From assembly GCA_963846335.1 (NCBI GenBank), contig CAWJVS010000004.1, positions 5,769-69,768 of the forward strand: DNA of 64,000 nt, in the 5' to 3' direction. Each line of letters starts with the position of its first letter. The first letter of the stretch is position 1. Under the pieces are notes generated by a model. That model worked only from the letters and a program-made list of their open reading frames with translations, did not search any database and was not told the DNA's origin. A program made the position numbers and the translations under genes. The DNA comes from an uncultured Bacteroidales bacterium. Its GTDB lineage: Bacteria > Bacteroidota > Bacteroidia > Bacteroidales > VadinHA17. Of the stretch, positions 10,983 through 21,036 are shown piece after piece.

Positions 10983-13574
10983 TTATTGCAGTAAGATCCT
11001 GTAAGTCTGTATCCGGTTATGCCCTATTTTCAGTTTCAGGACACCATCTTCCGGTTTTATCTCCGCAATATCCGTCTCTATATGTGTAACTGATTTGCAT
11101 TTGATTATGGGTGATGATGAAGAAATTACAAAGTCCTCATCACTGTTGCCCAGATTCCAGACACGCATTATAATACCTTCATCGATCCCCTCTTCCGCCG
11201 GTTTTAATGACCAGACCAAAACACGAGGATTTGATATCTCAAACAAGGAAAAGCACTCATCATTGTATCCTGATCTGCCACTGATCCTGCCTGCGACCAG
11301 CGGATTCTGGTGTTCCAAAGAAAATTTCATTGCTGATGCGGCATCAAAGCCATCTTTATCAGGCCTGAGCGCAAAAAAGTTTATGAAACCGGAATCTCCG
11401 TCCTGATTTATAATTCCCAGGCCGGGTGCATCTACCTGGCCCCCTGCCAGTACTTTGATCTGTGGTGTCTCAGGATCCATCCAATTAATGGTACTGTTCC
11501 CCGTTTTCATAAAGAATGCATCACGGTTGGAAATGATCATTCCCTTATTCCCGTCCGATATATCTGCAAAGTGGTTCATGGCAATCCAGTCTAACCTGCA
11601 GATACTGTCCGCATAATGCCCCCCGTCTGATTTCTGTCTGGCCTTAAGGATAGCTCCAGCCTCCTCATGCCAGATCTCCGGTTTGTGAAGGTTCAGGGAA
11701 AAGGTATAGGTAAGCGGTTCGGATCCGATATTCTGCCTGATATAATTCTCAAGTTCTATACGGTCATTGAATCCGAAAAGGGTAATTTTTGAAATATGTT
11801 TAACTGGTTTGTATGACTCGGCGACAAGTGTCGCTGAAACTGCCCCGGCATTTTCAATTCTGAGAGGAGATCCTGATAATCCTCCCAATGAACCCAGATC
11901 ATTGGCAAACAAATTACTGACAGGTTTAATGTATTCGTGGTTATTATCATTCTTGTCAACCAGGCTTGTAATAACTCCCTGCCGTGAAAAGGTGATCCTG
12001 TAATGGGAATTTTCAATTATGCTGTCAGAAACCATTACGGTCCGGTTAAATGTTCCCGGATCAGAATTCACTTTTATCTCATATACTTTATACCCGAGGG
12101 AAGGAATGTCTTCAGCCACTATCCGCAAGTATTTTAGATTTTCCCTGCGAATAAACTGAAAAGGCACTTCGTTGCCGGAAGTCCGGTCAACAACTTTAAT
12201 TGCCTCAGATCCGCTATAAGGATAGTCGCAGTAATCTGTCCTTTTCCAGCCTAATGGATTAAAGGCAAAGAAAGCTTCCTTTGACTTTTTGGGAGTTATA
12301 ATTAAATCTCCCAGTCTGGCTGCGGACATATCGTACAGGGTATCAACATATCTGCTTAACTGGCCGGCTATTTTTCTCGCCCAGTCAGCCCTTTGTTTTC
12401 TTGTGATTACAGACCCGTCAGCAGTCCAGTCATGATCAAAGTAGAGACCACACGAAATCCAGGCCTTTTCCCTTATTTCGTTCAATCCTGTTCCGAAACT
12501 CTTATCTTTCAGGGCAATTAGCGAATAGATGGCTTCTGCAGCCCTCAGCTTTTCCACTGAACGTTTTACTCCTGCTGACACCTCTGCAAGGGATGCGAGG
12601 CTGTTTCCCCATTCTGAGCTGCCATAAGAAACAGATTCAGAAGGAAGGATCGATCCATATGACTCCTCAAAATCCACAAAGAAATCTGTTTCATTGGATA
12701 CGATCACCTGGTATTCCGAATCTGAATTTGATTTAGCGACTGCCATAAACTCTGCCGATGCTGTTTTTAAATCATCCCACCCTTTCCCAAAAGCTCCGGC
12801 AATGTGATAGGGGTATTTTGTGCTGTTCATAAGGTTTTTACAAAGAAGTATCGATTTTTGCGGATCCCGCGCTTCAGCATAACCTCCAAGCTGTTGATTA
12901 TCTCCCACCAGCGAGTACCATTTCATCAGGATCTGCTGATCATCAAGCCCCCTGTACCAGTAAATTTCATGTGGCCTGGAATATAGACCGGTTACCTTTG
13001 TTGCACAATCACATACTCCGCGCCATGAATATTTGGCACCGGAGCCTGCCCACAGGGAAGATAAGCCTAAAGGCAGCACCTGATCTTCCATATTAATGAC
13101 CAGATTGAGATCAAGCCCGTATCTGCGCTCAAGCGATCCTGCAAAATACATGTCTCTTAACGTTGCCTCCAGCGGTGCAATACCATGTAATGAAGGAAGA
13201 GTATTAAGAGGCACTGTGATTTTGCCGGACCTGATCTGCTCTATTAGTTTTGCAAACTGCTGAGGGCTTCTGTTTTGCCGGTATTCATATACCCAGTATG
13301 AACCATCGCAGTTCCATTTGCTCTGGTAAGGGTATAATTCATGTGATGTTGAATCATTTAACCTGATATAATAGTCAAGAGTTTCCAGGAAGGCATCTCT
13401 GTAGCTTTCCTCATCGGCCGACCACATATAATCGGTATGATCATCAGGGGCAATGTATATTTTTCTCTGCTGACCACTGATAGTGTTCAGAATTAAGAAC
13501 CCAAAAACGAATAATCCGATTAGTTTCATTGCAGCATATGCCGGAATTAAATTAAATTTGATTTTTAAAACCAT
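10983..13574 (-). CDS. secreted GH38-like glycoside hydrolase (probable start 13529)
   Basis: signal peptide ending ISG-Q, HTDYMW, FNPL.W.R, IPSLGYK.Y, LKPAE...I.RVWN. Confidence 0.7.
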   Translation of the reverse strand: MVLKIKFNLIPAYAAMKLIGLFVFGFLILNTISGQQRKIYIAPDDHTDYMWSADEESYRDAFLETLDYYIRLNDSTSHELYPYQSKWNCDGSYWVYEYRQNRSPQQFAKLIEQIRSGKITVPLNTLPSLHGIAPLEATLRDMYFAGSLERRYGLDLNLVINMEDQVLPLGLSSLWAGSGAKYSWRGVCDCATKVTGLYSRPHEIYWYRGLDDQQILMKWYSLVGDNQQLGGYAEARDPQKSILLCKNLMNSTKYPYHIAGAFGKGWDDLKTASAEFMAVAKSNSDSEYQVIVSNETDFFVDFEESYGSILPSESVSYGSSEWGNSLASLAEVSAGVKRSVEKLRAAEAIYSLIALKDKSFGTGLNEIREKAWISCGLYFDHDWTADGSVITRKQRADWARKIAGQLSRYVDTLYDMSAARLGDLIITPKKSKEAFFAFNPLGWKRTDYCDYPYSGSEAIKVVDRTSGNEVPFQFIRRENLKYLRIVAEDIPSLGYKVYEIKVNSDPGTFNRTVMVSDSIIENSHYRITFSRQGVITSLVDKNDNNHEYIKPVSNLFANDLGSLGGLSGSPLRIENAGAVSATLVAESYKPVKHISKITLFGFNDRIELENYIRQNIGSEPLTYTFSLNLHKPEIWHEEAGAILKARQKSDGGHYADSICRLDWIAMNHFADISDGNKGMIISNRDAFFMKTGNSTINWMDPETPQIKVLAGGQVDAPGLGIINQDGDSGFINFFALRPDKDGFDAASAMKFSLEHQNPLVAGRISGRSGYNDECFSLFEISNPRVLVWSLKPAEEGIDEGIIMRVWNLGNSDEDFVISSSSPIIKCKSVTHIETDIAEIKPEDGVLKLKIGHNRIQTYRILLQ

Positions 13575-13650
13575 ATAAGATCAAATATATAATAAAAGAA
13601 TGCTCCAAGGATAAAAAACAGCTATTTACAATTCCAAAAATCCTCACTTT

Positions 13651-15624
13651 ATGAAAAAAAAATCCTGGTTAATCCAAAAGATGACATCATTCTTTTTCGC
13701 GACAATCCTCTTCTTAACACCCAACGTACTGTCAGCTGAAGTGAAACCAAAAGAACGAAACATACTGGCTGGTGAGGCAAAATCAATTGACCTGGCCAGC
13801 ATCCTCGTAAAGGACAACTCCTGGATTAAGATTCCGGATTATAAAAACAGGGTTTTCTGGCAGAACCTGCCGGGCGGAATAAGACAGGAATATTTAACAA
13901 AGGCAGAAGGTTATCTTAAATATGACTGGCCGGTTGTAAAAGCAACTGACTATCTGGAATTTATCCGATCGGGTGACAGGAGGCAGGAAGTATATGCAGC
14001 CTGCAGTGATGCACTGAATTCCCTTGTAATGGGAGAACTGGTTGAGGGAAAAGGGCGGTTCATGGATCAGATAATAAATGCCGTCTGGTACTTTAGTGAA
14101 CAGACCTGGTGGGGATGGTCGGCACACCTTGGACCTCAGAAAGCCGGCGCAGGTCTCCCTGACATAAATGAACCTTTTGTTGATCTCGGGGTCGGGGAAA
14201 TTGCCAGTGACCTTTCATGGACATGGTATCTTTTTCATGAGGAGTTCGATAAGGCACATCCGTTGATATCTGAGAGGCTTAAGCAGGAAATAATGAATAA
14301 AGCGCTTATCCCCTATTTTACAAGGGATGACTTCTGGTATATGGGTTTTAGCGGAGGCCGTCCGAATAACTGGAATCCCTGGATTAACTATAACATGCTG
14401 AATTGTTTCCTCCTGATTGAAACAGATCCTTTAAAAAAGGTGGCGGAGGTGGAGAAAATTATTAATTCGCTCGACAAATTCCTCAATGGGTATTCTGACG
14501 ATGGCGGTTGTGATGAGGGACCCTCCTACTGGGGTGCAGCAGGTGCTCTTCTCTATGAAAGCCTGGAAGTCCTGAAAGATGCTACCGGTGGAGGTTTTGA
14601 TGTCTTCAATGATCAGCTGATCCGGAATATCGGCAAGTACTTTTACAAGGTAAATATTCATGCCCCATACTTCATAAATTTTGCTGATGCTGATGCCACT
14701 ACCATGGGTGATGCATCTGCAGTTTACAGATATGGTAAGGCAATAAATGATCCTGTAATGCAGCAGTTTGGTGCATACCTTGGAAAACTGGGCAAATTCG
14801 GCGATCATTGCATGGACGGAAAGATCTGTGACCAGATTAAAAACCTTACCCTTCTGGACGAAATAAAAAATGCCCAATCAGCAGAGGCTCTTGTAGCTGA
14901 TTTCTGGCTGCCTGATACCGAGGTTGGCGGAGCCCGTGATAAGGAAGGCAGTTTCATGGGATTCTTTTTTGGTGCAAAAGGAGGATTTAATGATGAGAGT
15001 CATAACCATAATGATGTTGGATCATGTGTCATGTATTATGATGGCAATCCATGCATTATTGATTTGGGCCGGGAGGAGTATAATGCAAAAACCTTCAGCC
15101 CCAGGCGTTATGAAATATGGACTATGCAATCAGGGTTTCATAACCTTCCTGTAATCAACGGAACCGATCAGAAGGAGGGGAAGAATTTTAAGGCCATAAA
15201 TTCCACTTTCAGTGCAAATTCAAAAAATGTGACTTTCTCGACTGATATTGCCGGAGCATATACAGCAGAAGCGATGGTTAAAAGCTGGATGAGGACATAT
15301 ACCCTGGTCAGAGGCAGGAGTTTTGCCATAACCGATAAGTTTGAACTGAGCGGACTGAATAAATCAACAACAAGTTCAAATATCATCACATATTGCAAGG
15401 TATCGGAGGTTAAACCTGGTCTTCTCAGATTTGCAGGTAAGGGATTTACTCTTGAGATGAGCTACAGTCACAAAACAGTAAAACCGAAAATTGAGTTCAT
15501 TGAAGTTACTGACAGAACTTTAAAACGTTACTGGCCTGATGGGGTTACACGTGTCAGGCTGGAGTTCATCAATCCGGGGTTGAAAGGGGGACAAACAGTT
15601 ACTTTTACGCCGGCAGATAAATAA
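13651..15624 (+). CDS. secreted heparinase II/III family polysaccharide lyase-like protein
   Basis: signal peptide, NNWNPW, DGGCDEG.SYW, SHNHNDVG, QS..HNLP.ING. Confidence 0.85.
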   Translation: MKKKSWLIQKMTSFFFATILFLTPNVLSAEVKPKERNILAGEAKSIDLASILVKDNSWIKIPDYKNRVFWQNLPGGIRQEYLTKAEGYLKYDWPVVKATDYLEFIRSGDRRQEVYAACSDALNSLVMGELVEGKGRFMDQIINAVWYFSEQTWWGWSAHLGPQKAGAGLPDINEPFVDLGVGEIASDLSWTWYLFHEEFDKAHPLISERLKQEIMNKALIPYFTRDDFWYMGFSGGRPNNWNPWINYNMLNCFLLIETDPLKKVAEVEKIINSLDKFLNGYSDDGGCDEGPSYWGAAGALLYESLEVLKDATGGGFDVFNDQLIRNIGKYFYKVNIHAPYFINFADADATTMGDASAVYRYGKAINDPVMQQFGAYLGKLGKFGDHCMDGKICDQIKNLTLLDEIKNAQSAEALVADFWLPDTEVGGARDKEGSFMGFFFGAKGGFNDESHNHNDVGSCVMYYDGNPCIIDLGREEYNAKTFSPRRYEIWTMQSGFHNLPVINGTDQKEGKNFKAINSTFSANSKNVTFSTDIAGAYTAEAMVKSWMRTYTLVRGRSFAITDKFELSGLNKSTTSSNIITYCKVSEVKPGLLRFAGKGFTLEMSYSHKTVKPKIEFIEVTDRTLKRYWPDGVTRVRLEFINPGLKGGQTVTFTPADK

Positions 15625-15632
15625 AGAATCTT

Positions 15633-17012
15633 ATGAAATACTCTTTTTTTGATTACCTGTTAACAGGTCTTTTACAACTTATTGTGTTCTCAGAGGCAAC
15701 GGCTCAGGTAAAAGTATATCCTGCTCCTCCCGGACTGAGGATAAGCCCTGATTTTACAGTAATGGCAAATAATACCCCAGTGTGGGTGGAACGAATCGGA
15801 AGCGAACTCGAAACATTCGGATATAACCTCTATGGCAGCAGGGAAATGGAGGACCTTAATGTAGCTGACTTCTCCTGTTCAGGAATGGTAACCATCGTGA
15901 TAAAGGCGACCGCAAATATTGATACATTTATTATCCGTCCAAAGAGCCTTAATCTGAAGGCTACGGTAAGCGGACCTGAGATCACCTTCACAATTGATGG
16001 CCCCCGGAAACTATACATTGAAATAAACAATCTGCCCCATCTTGCCATCTTTGCCAATCCCATGGAAGTCAATCCGGCAAAGAAGGGCGACCCCGGAGTA
16101 ATTTACTATGGTGCTGGTGTACATAATCCCGGGCGAATTAATCTGGTCAGCAATATGACTATGTACATAGCGGGAGGAGCTGTCGTAAATGCAGATATCT
16201 TTGGCATGAACCTTGAGAATGTCACAATAAAAGGACCCGGGATTCTCAATGGAAAGATTGAGGCAACAGGCTGTTCAGACTTCAATGTCAGCGGGATCTT
16301 TATACGGAATACAAAAGGATGGACAAACACATTAACAGACTGCCATAACTCCAGCTACCGGAATGTAAAAGTGTTCAGCTACGAAGCCATCTATTCAGTG
16401 GATGGGATTAATCCGGTGTCATGTACAAATTTCACTATCGATGATTGTTTCATGCGCTGCCGTGATGATTGCGTTGCCATCAAATCGGGTGATATGAAAC
16501 TAAAGGTTGACTCCATTTATGTCTCGAACTGTGTTATGGTCGGTTGGGCATGCAGTGATGGAATAACTATCGGTTTTGAACTTAACGGGGGTCCTGTAGA
16601 GAATATTTTCGTTAAAAACTGTGATATCCTGTATGCCCGGGGGGAAGGAAGAACTCAGGGCCACTCGGCTTTCAGCATAGTTTGTGACGGCCCGGCGGAG
16701 GTCCGTAATATATTCTTTGAGGATATAAGAGTGGAAAACCAGGTTGAATTCAAGAATCTCGAATTCATAGTTACAGATGGTACCTTGTACGGAACAGATC
16801 CTCCGGGACATATAAAAGGGGTGTACCTGAAGAATATTCAATGGGAGAATAAAACCAAACCTTTTATTATCAATGGTTATTCACCTGACAATATGGTTGA
16901 AGAAATCATATTTGATAAATGCAGTGTCGGTGGAAAAATCCTCAACAGCGCAGCTGATGCGGATATCAGGACAAACAGGTTTGTGAAGGATCTTAAGTTT
17001 CTCAATTTTTAA
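15633..17012 (+). CDS. secreted beta-helix GH28-like / pectin lyase-fold protein
   Basis: signal peptide ATA-Q, L.IFANP.E, YYG.GVH, DGINP...DDCVAIK, V.NI.F..I repeats. Confidence 0.75.
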   Translation: MKYSFFDYLLTGLLQLIVFSEATAQVKVYPAPPGLRISPDFTVMANNTPVWVERIGSELETFGYNLYGSREMEDLNVADFSCSGMVTIVIKATANIDTFIIRPKSLNLKATVSGPEITFTIDGPRKLYIEINNLPHLAIFANPMEVNPAKKGDPGVIYYGAGVHNPGRINLVSNMTMYIAGGAVVNADIFGMNLENVTIKGPGILNGKIEATGCSDFNVSGIFIRNTKGWTNTLTDCHNSSYRNVKVFSYEAIYSVDGINPVSCTNFTIDDCFMRCRDDCVAIKSGDMKLKVDSIYVSNCVMVGWACSDGITIGFELNGGPVENIFVKNCDILYARGEGRTQGHSAFSIVCDGPAEVRNIFFEDIRVENQVEFKNLEFIVTDGTLYGTDPPGHIKGVYLKNIQWENKTKPFIINGYSPDNMVEEIIFDKCSVGGKILNSAADADIRTNRFVKDLKFLNF

Positions 17013-17075
17013 CAACCAATTAACAGGTAAATCAGCTGAATCGTATATATTTACAACAACCTTAAAAAAAAAATC

Positions 17076-18008
17076 ATGAATAAAAAATTAATCCTGTTTG
17101 CAACTTTTGTTATGGCATGTTTGTTAAACTATGGCCAGAATGTAGGATCATCGCCTGAATACATTAAAGCTCTGACTCCGGAATGGAAAGGTGAACGTTT
17201 TCCTGATGGCAGGCCAAAGGTATCAGATGCCATTCTTGACAGATTGAAAAACATATCCATAGAGGAGGCATGGGGAGTATTGCGAAATAAAGGATTCCAT
17301 AATCAGTATGAAGGTGACTGGATGATAATACATCCGGAAGAAGCAATGACCGGACGTGTTGTTACTGCTCAGTACATGCCGCTCAGACCCGATCTTGAAA
17401 AGTACGTCAAAGAACAGGGGATAAAAGAAAATCGCTCACAAAAGGGAGGAACAAATTCATGGCCTATAGATGCTCTCGTACCAGGTGATGTTTATGTCGC
17501 TGACGGATATGGTAAGATAGCTGATGGCACATTGATCGGGGACAACCTCGGTAATTCAATTTACACAAGGGGACAGAGAGGTGTGATATTCTATGGAGGT
17601 GTAAGGGACGAGGAGGGGTTAGCCGAGATTGAAGGATTCAATGGCTGGATTAAGGGTTCCGATCCTTCATACATTTACCAGATGATGCTCACTTCAATTA
17701 ATGCTCCTATCCGCATTGGACGGGCAATCGTTCTCCCCGGAGATGTTGTACTCGCCAAGAAATACGGAGTTATTTTTATTCCGGCTTATCTGGTTGAAGA
17801 CCTTGTTATTACTGCTGAAGTTACAGCTTTAAGGGATGAATTCGGACATCAGCGTCTCAGAGAGAAGAAATATCTTGCCGGACAGATTGACAGCGAATGG
17901 ACAGAAGAGATAAAAAAGGATTTTCTGAACTGGTTGAACAACTACCCGGGCAAATTACCGATGACCAAAAAGGAACTGGATGATTATATGAAAGAGAGAA
18001 ACTGGTAA
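17076..18008 (+). CDS. RraA-like (HMG/KDG aldolase family) protein with Sec signal peptide
   Basis: GR.VTAQY.P, IGDNL, GGVRD, IRIG...V.PGDVV; N-terminus MNKKLILFATFVMACLLNYG-Q. Confidence 0.8.
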   Translation: MNKKLILFATFVMACLLNYGQNVGSSPEYIKALTPEWKGERFPDGRPKVSDAILDRLKNISIEEAWGVLRNKGFHNQYEGDWMIIHPEEAMTGRVVTAQYMPLRPDLEKYVKEQGIKENRSQKGGTNSWPIDALVPGDVYVADGYGKIADGTLIGDNLGNSIYTRGQRGVIFYGGVRDEEGLAEIEGFNGWIKGSDPSYIYQMMLTSINAPIRIGRAIVLPGDVVLAKKYGVIFIPAYLVEDLVITAEVTALRDEFGHQRLREKKYLAGQIDSEWTEEIKKDFLNWLNNYPGKLPMTKKELDDYMKERNW

Positions 18009-18058
18009 TGAAGACGGAATTCTGCAGTCAAATATTCATTAAATAAAAACCTCGCACT

Positions 18059-19603
18059 ATGAAAAGTATCATAAAAGAGATCGCTGAAAAAAATAGTAAA
18101 CAGGCAGCAGCCAAATCAGAAGCTATCAGAGCTGAGATTGAAAACCCATCAACCGGCAAAAACCGTCGTGACTTTCTTAAAAAGGCAGCCCTCGGAGGCA
18201 TCGCTTTAGGCGGCATGATGCATATGTCGCTTGAAGATACAATAGCCCAGACCACCTCAAAGGTTCAGCGTGCTTCAAGCCCGTCTGACCTGAAAATTAC
18301 GGATATGCGCTACTGCGTATTGCAACTTGATGTAGATGGTTCCCGTAATCCGCTGATCAGGATCGATACAAATCAGGGGATATATGGATTGGGAGAGGTA
18401 AGAGATGCAGCTGACGAAAGATATGCACTTATGCTGAAAAGCCGTATCCTGGGAGAAAATCCATGCAATGTAGAAATGCTCTTCAAGATAATTAAGCAAT
18501 TTGGAAATCACGGACGTCAGGGAGGTGGTGTAAGTGCAGTGGAAATGGCTCTCTGGGATCTGGCAGGAAAAGCATTTGGAGTACCCGTATGGATGATGCT
18601 TGGAGGAAGATACAGGGACAAAGTCAGATTGTATTCCTATATACCTGTACATAACTGGGCCAGTATAGATGAGGCAAAGTTCAGGGCAGACGTAAAACAA
18701 CGCCTTGAAGTTCAGGGATATACATGGCTTAAATTCTATCCCAGCATCGAAAACATAAGCCATATACCAGGGATAACGGTAAACTCGAAGTTCTGGTCAG
18801 CCCCAAAATACACTGACATAACATCCTATAATAAAACGAAACAACCGTTTACACAGATTCAGTTTACCGATAAAGGTCTTGCTGAAATGGCAAAATACGT
18901 GGAATTTGTGCGCAGTGTTGTGGGTTATGAAGTTCCTCTTTCAGCTGATGGATTCGGTAATTATGATTTAAACAATTGCATCAGGGTGGGTCGGGCTCTG
19001 GATCCCTATAGATTAGCATGGTTTGAAGATATGCTTTCCTGGGAAATGACCGATCAATGCAAGGTATTGACTGACTCTGTTGAAACGCCTACTATTACAG
19101 GAGAAGATATTTATCTGAAGGAAGAATTCATTAAGATCTGTGACAGACATACTGTTGATCTGATACACCCGGATCTTCATACAGCGGGTGGAATCTTAGA
19201 AACCAAGAAAATTGGTGATTATGCCGAAGAAAAAGCAGTTGCTATGGCCATGCATTGTTCAAGCACCCCGGTAGGATTTATGGCAAGTGTGCACTGTGCA
19301 GCTGCCACACAAAACTTCCTCGCACTGGAAATGACAACACAGGCAGTGGATAACGTCTGGTGGGCTAACCTGGTTAAAACCACCGATGGCAGGAAGTTAG
19401 CTGAAAAAGGGTTTGCAAATGTACCTGAAACTGCACCCGGTTTAGGGATAGAATTAAACGAGGATGAAGTCAAAAAACACCTCTTCCCTACCGACAAGAG
19501 TTTTTTTGCTCCAACTCCTGAATGGAATGATAAGCGGTCAAGTGATCACCTCTGGAGCGGCAGGTTTACAATAGGGCAAAAAACAGGTATTGTACCCAAA
19601 TAA
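18059..19603 (+). CDS. mandelate racemase/MLE enolase-superfamily enzyme (copy 1), Tat-like signal
   Basis: RRDFLKK plus hydrophobic stretch, IRIDTNQG.YG.GE, SAVEMALWDLAGK, WFED, TGED, PDL, PGLGIELNE. Confidence 0.9.
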   Translation: MKSIIKEIAEKNSKQAAAKSEAIRAEIENPSTGKNRRDFLKKAALGGIALGGMMHMSLEDTIAQTTSKVQRASSPSDLKITDMRYCVLQLDVDGSRNPLIRIDTNQGIYGLGEVRDAADERYALMLKSRILGENPCNVEMLFKIIKQFGNHGRQGGGVSAVEMALWDLAGKAFGVPVWMMLGGRYRDKVRLYSYIPVHNWASIDEAKFRADVKQRLEVQGYTWLKFYPSIENISHIPGITVNSKFWSAPKYTDITSYNKTKQPFTQIQFTDKGLAEMAKYVEFVRSVVGYEVPLSADGFGNYDLNNCIRVGRALDPYRLAWFEDMLSWEMTDQCKVLTDSVETPTITGEDIYLKEEFIKICDRHTVDLIHPDLHTAGGILETKKIGDYAEEKAVAMAMHCSSTPVGFMASVHCAAATQNFLALEMTTQAVDNVWWANLVKTTDGRKLAEKGFANVPETAPGLGIELNEDEVKKHLFPTDKSFFAPTPEWNDKRSSDHLWSGRFTIGQKTGIVPK

Positions 19604-19662
19604 CATAGCTAAGAATAATAGCCGGTTTTCTCATCTTATTATCATTTCATTAAAATGAAATT

Positions 19663-21033
19663 ATGGGAAAAAACTATTCAAGACGTGAATTTTTAAAGCA
19701 AAATTCGTTAAAAGGACTCGGTGCAGTTGTCTCATTAGGGGTTACACCTGCACTCTATTCTCCTGACATTAGAAATGCGCATACCCTTGCATTGCAGGGG
19801 GGACAGCCTGTAAGGACGAAAGGATGGCCTGCCTGGCCTGTCTGGGATTCAGCATCTGATGAGGATCTTGTTTTAAAGGTTCTTCGCAGCGGTGCATGGA
19901 CCCGCGCAGGAGTGGTTACCGAATTCGAAAATAAATGGGCAGAAACGATTGGCACCAAACGTTGTCTGGCTGTCGTTAACGGGACAAATGCACTTATTGC
20001 ATCACTTAACCAGTTTGATATTGGAGCGGGAGATGAAGTGATTATACATCCGTATACATTCATCTCGACAATAATATGTATCCTTCAGAATGGTGCAATG
20101 CCCGTGTTTGTAGATACTGATCCGGAGACATTTCAGATTGATGCTGACAAAATTGAAGCTAAAATCACCAGGCGAACCAGGGCGATACTCCCTGCCCATA
20201 CACTTGGAATGCCGGCCGATATGGAGAACATTATGCAAATTGCTGCAAAACATGATCTTATAGTTGTTGAGAATTGTTGTCTTGCAGCATTGGCTGAGAT
20301 AAATCACAGGAAAGTGGGAACGTTCGGCAATGCAGGGTGTTTCAGTTTCCAGGCTTCAAAAACTATTCCTATGGGAGAAGGTGGAGCAATCGTAAGCGAT
20401 GATGATAAATTCATTGACAGATGTTATTCTTACCATAACTGCGGAAATCCTTACGGCTCTGTTTCCCTGCCAAATGGTGTAACAGGAGGAACAGTTCTTA
20501 ATGCCACCAAATTAAGAATATCGGAATATCAGGCAGCTATCGGACTCGCCCAGTTAAAACGATTGGAAATGCAGACCGATATACGCAATGAGAATGCTCA
20601 TTATCTTAAATCGAAGATAGAGGATATCCCCGGGATTGTCCCATTTAAGCTGACCAAGAATGTTACAAAGATCTCTGCCTGGCAGTTTGCGCTCAGGTAT
20701 AAAAAGGAGGCGTTTCAGGATTTGCCAAGAGACGGTTTTCTTAAAGCTCTTCGCGCAGAGGGAATACCATGTTCATCAGGATATGTAACCCAAAATGATA
20801 AGCCTTACCTGAAGAATGCCTTTGAATCGAAAAATTTCCGTAAGATGTATCCTGCGAAGATGTTGGATTTTAACAGATTTGTCGCAAAGAATTTTTGCCC
20901 GGAGAATAATCTCCTCTGTGAGGAGGCGGTTTGGTTTTCTCAGAATATGCTTCTTGGATCCAAATCAGATATGGATGATATAGCTGATGCAATTGAAAAA
21001 GTTCATGCTAATGCAGGTAAATTAATAAAATAA
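19663..21033 (+). CDS. DegT/DnrJ/EryC1/StrS PLP enzyme (copy 1), Tat signal
   Basis: SRREFLK, NGT.AL, GDEVI, FSFQASK, GEGG. Confidence 0.9.
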   Translation: MGKNYSRREFLKQNSLKGLGAVVSLGVTPALYSPDIRNAHTLALQGGQPVRTKGWPAWPVWDSASDEDLVLKVLRSGAWTRAGVVTEFENKWAETIGTKRCLAVVNGTNALIASLNQFDIGAGDEVIIHPYTFISTIICILQNGAMPVFVDTDPETFQIDADKIEAKITRRTRAILPAHTLGMPADMENIMQIAAKHDLIVVENCCLAALAEINHRKVGTFGNAGCFSFQASKTIPMGEGGAIVSDDDKFIDRCYSYHNCGNPYGSVSLPNGVTGGTVLNATKLRISEYQAAIGLAQLKRLEMQTDIRNENAHYLKSKIEDIPGIVPFKLTKNVTKISAWQFALRYKKEAFQDLPRDGFLKALRAEGIPCSSGYVTQNDKPYLKNAFESKNFRKMYPAKMLDFNRFVAKNFCPENNLLCEEAVWFSQNMLLGSKSDMDDIADAIEKVHANAGKLIK

Positions 21034-21036
21034 GCG

